DNA of 56,872 nucleotides from a virus (taxonomy: Duplodnaviria > Caudoviricetes), in IMG/VR virus record IMGVR_UViG_3300046170_000355, positions 1-56,872 of that record. One strand, given 5' to 3'. The notes below the pieces were generated by a model that was not told the DNA's origin, made no database searches, and was given only the letters and a program-made list of their open reading frames with translations. The position numbers and the translations under genes were made by a program. Positions 51,072 to 56,872 of this stretch are shown here, piece by piece (the stretch's first letter is position 1; the number at the start of each line of letters is the position of its first letter).

Positions 51072-51341
51072 CTAAAGACTTGGAATAATTGAAAGATCTC
51101 TCAAATTTGTATGAATTGCCCCAACGTCATTTCCTTCTTCATCTGACATAATCATTAATTCAATATCTTGTTTCATTTGTTTGACACCAAAAGGCTTATT
51201 AAGATGAAGGACAATTCCATGTCCATCGATTTCACCCTCTCCCCATTGGTCATGAGGTTTGAAAGTAACTTTTGTTATTCTCATATTTTTTAAAAAATAA
51301 TTTGTTTTCATTTCCCATTCTTTAATTTTACTTTTTTTCAT
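51072..51341 (-). CDS. Array hypothetical protein
   Basis: Motif plus AGGAGG upstream; SDEEGND.G. Confidence 0.8.
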   Translation of the reverse strand: MKKSKIKEWEMKTNYFLKNMRITKVTFKPHDQWGEGEIDGHGIVLHLNKPFGVKQMKQDIELMIMSDEEGNDVGAIHTNLRDLSIIPSL

Positions 51342-51409
51342 TTTTGGTAGCCTCCTATTGCTACAGACACAAAGGGAGGGAAAACTTAATTTCCCTCCCT
51401 TAAAATTAT

Positions 51410-51967
51410 TTAATGACCATATAAAGAATCAGTCTCGTATTTGGGGACATTGTCCCACTTACTGCCATAAGTAAAGCCATATAAAGCAATATGGTTATTT
51501 CTACCCACTCTTTTTGTCATGGTTTCCCCTTTTTCAATCCTTGTTGGTTGGACTTTGTTTCCATATGACCCATTTTGTTCGACATATTCTTTTTGTACTT
51601 TGACAATTTCAATTGTTTGTTTGCCTTTTAGAGCTACAACTTTAAAAAAGTCAACATTGGTTTGATCATATCCCCAAGAACAGTAAATAAAGTCACCGAT
51701 TTGATAATCGTGCCCTTGGCTTCTTTCTTTTCTTCTTTCGACTACAGATTGTTTTTGTGAAATTCTTCTTTCAATAGCTTTTTTGATTGTTTCATCCATT
51801 TGATTCAAATCTTTAAATCTATAATGCCAAAAAGGTTTTTTTGTTTTTGGTGTATGACAACAAGCAACCATTTTTATAGTATCTGCGAATATTTCTAAAT
51901 CGTTTAAATCATCTTTTATAATATGATCTGTATTATATTTTTCGTAGTTGTTTGGTATTATTCTCAT
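51410..51967 (-). CDS. Array hypothetical protein
   Basis: Motif plus AGGAGG upstream; SWGYDQTNVDFFKVV. Confidence 0.85.
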   Translation of the reverse strand: MRIIPNNYEKYNTDHIIKDDLNDLEIFADTIKMVACCHTPKTKKPFWHYRFKDLNQMDETIKKAIERRISQKQSVVERRKERSQGHDYQIGDFIYCSWGYDQTNVDFFKVVALKGKQTIEIVKVQKEYVEQNGSYGNKVQPTRIEKGETMTKRVGRNNHIALYGFTYGSKWDNVPKYETDSLYGH

Positions 51968-52011
51968 AATTTATAGCCTCCTATTGCTACAGACACAAAG
52001 GGAGGGAAAAC

Positions 52012-52296
52012 TTAATTTCCCTCCAATTCTCCTCTTATTGTTTTTATGCAGTCCCAACAAAAAACATTGTCATCAATGTCAAAATTGTTTTTATTCTGAT
52101 AATCTTCAATTTTTTTGTCATCACATTCAAAATTCTCAGAACTTAAATACATAGCTTGTTCTTCTCTTTCTTGATGAGAGCCACCAAGATCAAAATAATC
52201 TTGGCATTTAGAACATTCTCTAAATGAAAATGGTTCATCTGTTAATTCTTCTTGAGTAGATAAAGAAAATGTATCAAATAATTGTTTACTAATCAT
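52012..52296 (-). CDS. Array protein with two CxxC motifs
   Basis: Start at ATG 52296 after the motif RBS; CSKC...CWDC. Confidence 0.75.
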   Translation of the reverse strand: MISKQLFDTFSLSTQEELTDEPFSFRECSKCQDYFDLGGSHQEREEQAMYLSSENFECDDKKIEDYQNKNNFDIDDNVFCWDCIKTIRGELEGN

Positions 52297-52330
52297 TTTT
52301 AATAGCCTCCTATTGCTATAGACACTTATA

Positions 52331-52375
52331 TATACGTGCGTATATGCGTATGGCACTAATGCAATTTTTATTTAA
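52331..52375 (-). promoter_or_regulatory. Repeated promoter/operator-like element, copy 2
   Basis: Near-identical to 50917-50958. Confidence 0.55.
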
Positions 52376-52455
52376 AAAAATTTTTTGAGATCCAGGTTTT
52401 TAAGTAAAAATTTTTGATTTTTTAAATTGCTATAGACACTCAAAGAAATGGGGGA

Positions 52456-52725
52456 TTAACCCCCAAAATCCTTCTTTATTGTTTCAGCTTCTTCGATATC
52501 TCCCCATTGAGTTCTAATCTCATCAAAAGATAATTGAAAAGGATAGTTTGCAAGAAAGGGTTCAAAGTCGTTTATATCTTCCCCTTGCTCTTGGATTTCA
52601 ATGACATTCTCTTGAGCAGAAAAAATAAGATCATTAATTTTTTTCATTTTTTCTAAAAGCTCTAATTTCTGCTCAGTAATATATTTTTGACTTCCTAATT
52701 CTTCTAAAGTTTTATTTATATTCAT
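52456..52725 (-). CDS. Array hypothetical protein
   Basis: Start at ATG 52725 after the motif RBS. Confidence 0.75.
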   Translation of the reverse strand: MNINKTLEELGSQKYITEQKLELLEKMKKINDLIFSAQENVIEIQEQGEDINDFEPFLANYPFQLSFDEIRTQWGDIEEAETIKKDFGG

Positions 52726-52771
52726 ATTAAATAGCCTCCTATTGCTATAGACACTCAGAGAGAAAAGGGGT

Positions 52772-52963
52772 TTAAACCCCTTTAATTTTCTTTTCAATTT
52801 CTTTTAATTTTTCATCATTCGCTTTTAATCTTTTATTTGCAAAATTTATTTTTCGATGCCAGAAATTTATATAACTTTCAATTTCTTCTTTTTCGTTTTG
52901 AAGCTTGAAAAGTTTTTTTTCTTTTTCTGACATTTGATCAATGTCTTTTTGTGTTACTGTCAT
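52772..52963 (-). CDS. Array hypothetical protein
   Basis: ATGA-coupled to the upstream gene; stop lies in a hairpin loop. Confidence 0.7.
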   Translation of the reverse strand: MTVTQKDIDQMSEKEKKLFKLQNEKEEIESYINFWHRKINFANKRLKANDEKLKEIEKKIKGV

Positions 52964-53163
52964 TGGCTTTCTTCCTCATAATGTAAATTAGATAAATGAA
53001 TTTCTTTTTCCCAATCTAATTTAAATAAATCGCAATAATGCCTTAAATCTGCAATGACATCCCCAACCCTTGGATATGTGTTTTTCTGGTTCTTCTCATA
53101 AAGTTTTTCATTTAATCCTAAAAGTTTTTTTACTTTTAATGCTCTTTGTCTATTAGTTATCAT
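52960..53163 (-). CDS. Array hypothetical protein
   Basis: Motif RBS; DVIADLRHYCD. Confidence 0.8.
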   Translation of the reverse strand: MITNRQRALKVKKLLGLNEKLYEKNQKNTYPRVGDVIADLRHYCDLFKLDWEKEIHLSNLHYEEESQ

Positions 53164-53177
53164 ATTAAATAGCCTCC

Positions 53178-53507
53178 TTAATTGCTATAGACACTCAAGA
53201 CAAAAAGGGCTAAGAAGCCCTTTTCATTCCTTTCAATGATTGATTTTAGTATAAGTTTAGAAGCCTCGTTGATAGTGTCTTCTTTAATTGCTAGGTGTAA
53301 ATCTTCACTAAGCCAATTATATAAAAAATCAAATTCATCTTTTTTTAATATTACTGCTTCATAATTTTTATGAGTAAATAATATTGCTTTTGATTTTCTC
53401 TCATGAGAGACAATATTTAAAAGAGTATCTAAAAGAACTTTCTTTGATATTTTTTCTCTTTCAAATTGTTCGACTAAATCATTTAAATCATTAATTAAAC
53501 TAGTCAT
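53178..53507 (-). CDS. Array hypothetical protein (C-terminus uncertain)
   Basis: Coupled to the upstream gene; as sequenced it reads through the hairpin and motif. Confidence 0.65.
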   Translation of the reverse strand: MTSLINDLNDLVEQFEREKISKKVLLDTLLNIVSHERKSKAILFTHKNYEAVILKKDEFDFLYNWLSEDLHLAIKEDTINEASKLILKSIIERNEKGFLALFVLSVYSN

Positions 53508-53799
53508 TAATATTTTCCCCCCATCCTTTTGATTTTCTCACTAAATCATAAGCAGAGTTATCATCTAAAATATTGGCTAATTCATAATTTAAATCGTCTT
53601 TTTCTTCTTGCGTCTTGTCCTTATGTAAATCAATTAATTTATCTTCTAGGGTTTCAATTGTGTTTACTAGATTTTGAATATCTTCATTTTGCTTTTTGAT
53701 TTCCTTTTCAAGATCTTTTTTTATTTCTTCAAGATCAATTACTATTTGATTTACTGAATATTGCACCTCTTCATATTTTTCTTTTTGTTTTTTATTCAT
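53500..53799 (-). CDS. Array coiled-coil protein
   Basis: Motif RBS upstream. Confidence 0.8.
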   Translation of the reverse strand: MNKKQKEKYEEVQYSVNQIVIDLEEIKKDLEKEIKKQNEDIQNLVNTIETLEDKLIDLHKDKTQEEKDDLNYELANILDDNSAYDLVRKSKGWGENIND

Positions 53800-53891
53800 A
53801 TTTAATAGCCTCCTATTGCTATAGACACTTAAAGAGAACCACGAAGAGAGAAACTCGCCTCGTGGCTCGTGGCTTTTATTATGATTTATAT

Positions 53892-54020
53892 TTATTTATT
53901 GCTTATAAAACTTTTATAAAATTGAATAAAAGCTCTAATTCCCATTTCATTCGGTGCAAATAATTTGCCCCAACCAACATTGGCATTATACATTTCTTGC
54001 ATTTCTTTGGACATTATCAA
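53892..54020 (-). CDS. Array small protein (40-42 aa, MSKEMQEMYNANVGWGKLFAPNEMG...)
   Basis: Hand-translated; variant motif followed by an AGGGGGUGA RBS. Confidence 0.55.
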   Translation of the reverse strand: MIMSKEMQEMYNANVGWGKLFAPNEMGIRAFIQFYKSFISNK

Positions 54021-54063
54021 AATAAATCACCCCCTTTCTACAGACACTCAGAGAAGGAGGCAA

Positions 54064-54450
54064 TTAAGCCTCCTCCTGATTTTCAATAGATATATTTTCG
54101 ATTATTCTATTATCGTGGTTGGGATTATTGGTTTCATAACCGAAACCCTCTTCCTCGTCATCATAATTAATATATTCGTCAATACTTTTCCAAGGTTTGA
54201 AAGAGTATTCAAGGCAGTTAGTTGCATAATGATATGCAATAATATGATCATTATTTAAATGTATAAATAAATGAAAAAAATTACCTCCACTTCCATAATT
54301 ATCAACTTCTTTAATTTCATAAAGAATATCGAAATTATTAAACCAAGGGATATTTTTTTTAATAAGATCAAAGAAATATTCTTTTTTATTTATTAAGTCT
54401 GTTAATCTTAAAAATTCAAAATGTTCTTGTCGTGTTAATTGTAGTTTCAT
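54064..54450 (-). CDS. Array hypothetical protein
   Basis: Start at ATG 54450 after the motif RBS. Confidence 0.78.
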   Translation of the reverse strand: MKLQLTRQEHFEFLRLTDLINKKEYFFDLIKKNIPWFNNFDILYEIKEVDNYGSGGNFFHLFIHLNNDHIIAYHYATNCLEYSFKPWKSIDEYINYDDEEEGFGYETNNPNHDNRIIENISIENQEEA

Positions 54451-54492
54451 AATAAATAGCCTCCTATTGCTATAGACACTCAAGAGAAAGGG

Positions 54493-54885
54493 CTAAGAAG
54501 CCCTCTCCATTGCGTTATTAAATCCAACTATAAAACCTAATAATTCATGCTTAGAATTAAATCTTTTATAGTCTTCATTATATCGACTGTAACCAATATT
54601 GATTGAATAATCGTGGAAAGATATTCCTTGGTTTTCCACTCTGTTCAATAATCTTTGATCATAATCTTTAGTAGATTTTTCTAATAATTTTTTTAAGTTT
54701 CGTTTAAATTGAAAACATTGATCAGCGTAATAATATTTATTATCACCACTCAAACGAAAATTAATATTTTCTTTATTTCGAATAAATTGTAGCTCGTTTA
54801 GTTCAAGATATTCTTCTGTAATGTGTTCGCCTTTTCTTACTTTATCTACTAATTCAATATATCTTTTTTGTTGTTTCTTATTCAT
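54493..54885 (-). CDS. Array hypothetical protein
   Basis: Start at ATG 54885 after the motif RBS. Confidence 0.78.
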   Translation of the reverse strand: MNKKQQKRYIELVDKVRKGEHITEEYLELNELQFIRNKENINFRLSGDNKYYYADQCFQFKRNLKKLLEKSTKDYDQRLLNRVENQGISFHDYSINIGYSRYNEDYKRFNSKHELLGFIVGFNNAMERAS

Positions 54886-54931
54886 AATAAATAGCCTCCT
54901 ATTGCTATAGACACTCAAGGGAAAGGGGACT

Positions 54932-55273
54932 TTATAAGTCCCCATTTAATTTATGGCAATGTAAAGCGTAACCAATGGGGCAACCATGTTTGCCCCATTG
55001 ATCGTCTTTAAAATTATAAAATTCGTTTCTTCTTTGTTCTAAGAAAAAACACTCATACCCATTAAAATCTAATTCATAAGGGTTTAAGTCATCGTCAAAA
55101 TGCCAACATTTGCCAATTTTAACAATGTATCGAATAAAGGCTCTCGCCTCGCTGATCGTTTTAATTTGTTTTCTTATAAAACGATGATAGGGCAATTTTG
55201 TCCAATATTCGTTGGGGTGATCATCTTTTGAAAAACAAAAATCTGCTCTTTGGTTTAAATAATCTTGTTTCAT
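54932..55273 (-). CDS. Array hypothetical protein (first gene after the ribozyme)
   Basis: Motif RBS upstream; WHFDD. Confidence 0.8.
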   Translation of the reverse strand: MKQDYLNQRADFCFSKDDHPNEYWTKLPYHRFIRKQIKTISEARAFIRYIVKIGKCWHFDDDLNPYELDFNGYECFFLEQRRNEFYNFKDDQWGKHGCPIGYALHCHKLNGDL

Positions 55274-55283
55274 AATAAATAGC

Positions 55284-55363
55284 CTCCTATTGCTATAGAC
55301 AAGGGGGAAAATATCCCCCTTTAGTGTTTCGCCTATTTAAGGCTCATCAGTATAGCTTTGGAG
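55284..55363 (-). ncRNA. Type I hammerhead ribozyme
   Basis: Minus strand CUCC AAA GCUAUA CUGAUGA GCCU UAAAU AGGC GAA ACA CUAA AGGGGGA UAUUU UCCCCCU UGU C^UAUAGC AAUA GGAG: complete conserved core, stems I-III and a GUC triplet. Confidence 0.9.
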
Positions 55364-55510
55364 TGTTTCGACTGTTCAACTTTGGAAGGTGTCACCTTCT
55401 AGGCTCTGTGCCTTAAGGACTATCTATTTATCCTCGCATTAAGTGTTCAATATGTTCGGAACACCTAACGAAATAAGTTCAATACTTACCGACCGAAGTC
55501 GACCCTAATT
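55364..55510 (-). ncRNA. Putative structured RNA domain 5' of the hammerhead
   Basis: Six consecutive hairpins, including GAC-UUCG-GUC, in a non-coding stretch. Confidence 0.5.
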
Positions 55511-55742
55511 ACCCCAATGACTAAATTATATAAATCTAGTGTGGTTGTAAAAATGGCTTCAATTAAAATCTTCATTACTAATTAATATAAGCATTTTTAT
55601 CATAAATTAAAGTATTTTATTTGAAATAATTGACTGCCTGAAATCGTAAAAAGACTGGTCCGATTTTAAGAGGGCTAGAAGTGTCAAGTTTATTTTTGAG
55701 AGTGATTTTTTTAGAGCTCTGTTAAAATGCTCTGTATGGCTC

Positions 55743-55869
55743 TTATATGATAAATTATGATATATTTAAAAATAGTTTAATAAACTGCTGCCCTGGTTTC
55801 TCCATTTTAAGACGTTTTTAGATAGGTTGAAAAAGTTCCCCTTATGTTTTTATATGATAAATTATGATA
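55743..55869. repeat. 20-bp direct repeat TTATATGATAAATTATGATA, two copies
   Basis: 55743-55762 and 55850-55869 in the long non-coding region. Confidence 0.8.
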
Positions 55870-56255
55870 CCTTCTATGGCCTTTAAAACCGGTTTTTCGC
55901 TTTATGGAAAATTATTCGATAAAAAGAACTAAAGGAGTTTGGCTCGTGGTTCGTGGACAGTGGAACAGTACAAGAGTTTTTTTGAAAAAATTTAGAAAAA
56001 AAAGTTTTTTGAAAAAAAAAGAAGTGTAGCAGTGTAGCAATTGAGTTATAAGTATTGAAAAATATAGCAAAACAGTGCCACAGTTCTTTTTTTTAGTAGT
56101 GTGGTAGTGTAGCAATTTAAACCTTTTCTTCTAGGTAATTGGGGGACTTTTTAAGAAAATTTTATTTATAAAAAGAAGTCCAGAAAAAACACTAGTAACG
56201 ATTTTTGTATAATTGATTTTTGTAATTATATTAATAATGTAACGTTATATTTTTA

Positions 56256-56705
56256 ATGGGCGCAGAAAAAAATCTTTATAAAATGGTCAAAGAAAAATTA
56301 AAAGAATTTAATCCAATTCGTATTGAAACATCAACAATTAATGGATTTCCTGATTTTATATTATTCAATAAATTAAAAGAAGTTTTATTCATAGAATGTA
56401 AGGTTTGCGAGAGTTCTAAATTGTTACAATCTTTGCGACCTCATCAAAAATCTTTTCATCATAAATATTCGAATATTATGAAGGGTTTGTTTATCTTGCA
56501 AAGGGTCGCTTCTTCAAGGGAGGTTTTTCTATATAGATCAAAAGATTTTGATTTTTTGAAGGGCAATCAGAGCTTTTGCCACGTTGCAAGAGCCGAGGTC
56601 GGTGGTTCGTGGTGTGCAATTAAAGCACAACTAGAAAACAACCCCCCATATGTGGTATGTCAAAACACGAACAACGAGCCGAGGGCAGAGAATGGCGAAA
56701 AATAA
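56256..56705 (+). CDS. VRR-NUC / Holliday junction resolvase-like nuclease
   Basis: EKNLY, RIETSTINGFPD, FIECK, LRPHQ. Confidence 0.75.
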   Translation: MGAEKNLYKMVKEKLKEFNPIRIETSTINGFPDFILFNKLKEVLFIECKVCESSKLLQSLRPHQKSFHHKYSNIMKGLFILQRVASSREVFLYRSKDFDFLKGNQSFCHVARAEVGGSWCAIKAQLENNPPYVVCQNTNNEPRAENGEK

Positions 56706-56872
56706 GGCTTTTTACGTTGTTTTTTTGCCCTGTAATGTATATTATGCAACAAATATTTGTTTCACATTGTGAAACGCTAGGTACTTAGAGAAAAATGAAC
56801 AGAATACGAACAAAATTTTACCCCCACCCACGAAAAACCGCCCCACAGTTTGCACAAGGTCACAAGGGTAAG
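56498..56872. repeat. Terminal direct repeat / circular overlap, right copy
   Basis: Matches 1-375 with 2 mismatches. Confidence 0.97.

Larger units (their letters stand above)
50891..55301 (-). repeat. Dispersed 12-copy motif (A)GUGUC-U(A/G)UAG(C)-(AAUAGGAGGCUA), predicted hammerhead cleavage sites
   Basis: The C of GUC lies at 55298, 54910, 54475, 54043, 53824, 53190, 52750, 52435, 52321, 51992, 51366 and 50899; nine copies include AGGAGG and a nearby ATG. Confidence 0.95.

Noticed and set aside
52297-54945. N-terminal extensions containing SVYSNRRL in four track ORFs as a shared peptide motif
   Set aside because: This is just the translated repeat; true starts are the ATGs after AGGAGG (52296, 52725, 54450, 54885).
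50891-55301. Repeat array as CRISPR or integron attC cassettes
   Set aside because: Spacing is irregular (about 110-630 nt) and contains whole genes; no cas gene or integrase; no attC R/L box structure.
50891-55301. Repeat as only a phage promoter or extended RBS
   Set aside because: Not fully excluded, but no phage RNA polymerase or sigma factor is evident, some copies lack the SD, and the conserved core and its wobble-compatible variation match the hammerhead arms.
55414-55430. AGAUAGUCC resembling the group I intron S element
   Set aside because: No matching R element/P7 partner and no interrupted gene found.
55912-56115. 67-aa minus-strand ORF in the non-coding region
   Set aside because: Made of A/T homopolymer tracts, TTG start, no RBS.
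1-56872. tRNA genes, reverse transcriptase/DGR, integrase or alternative genetic code
   Set aside because: None recognised by eye; standard-code ORFs tile the genome densely. tRNAscan-SE was not run.

Overview
This looks like a complete ~56.5 kb, AT-rich dsDNA phage genome with podovirus-like structural genes; 1-375 is repeated at 56498-56872 with 2 mismatches. The + strand (410-37528) carries packaging, capsid, tail, ejection and lysis genes plus a cluster of 2OG-Fe(II) oxygenase and glycosyltransferase genes. A replication block (37.5-50 kb) encodes a family A DNA polymerase, a UvrD-like helicase, a dual-frame C5 DNA methyltransferase, a primase-polymerase and a SNF2-like helicase. Gene content suggests a marine phage of a low-GC proteobacterium (inference only). 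The main discovery is in the - strand small-gene array (50.4-55.5 kb). A single hammerhead ribozyme core at its head (55292-55363: CUGAUGA-stem II-GAAA) has binding arms ACACU and CUCC-AAA-GCUAUA. These are complementary to a motif, (A)GUGUC^U(A/G)UAG(C)(AAUAGGAG), repeated 11 more times downstream, mostly between a gene-terminal hairpin and the next gene's Shine-Dalgarno. This suggests one ribozyme cuts a polycistronic mRNA into gene-sized units, an arrangement I do not know to have been described. Five apparent +1 frameshifts in short homopolymers are probably sequencing errors. All calls come from reading motifs by eye; no searches or folding programs were run.
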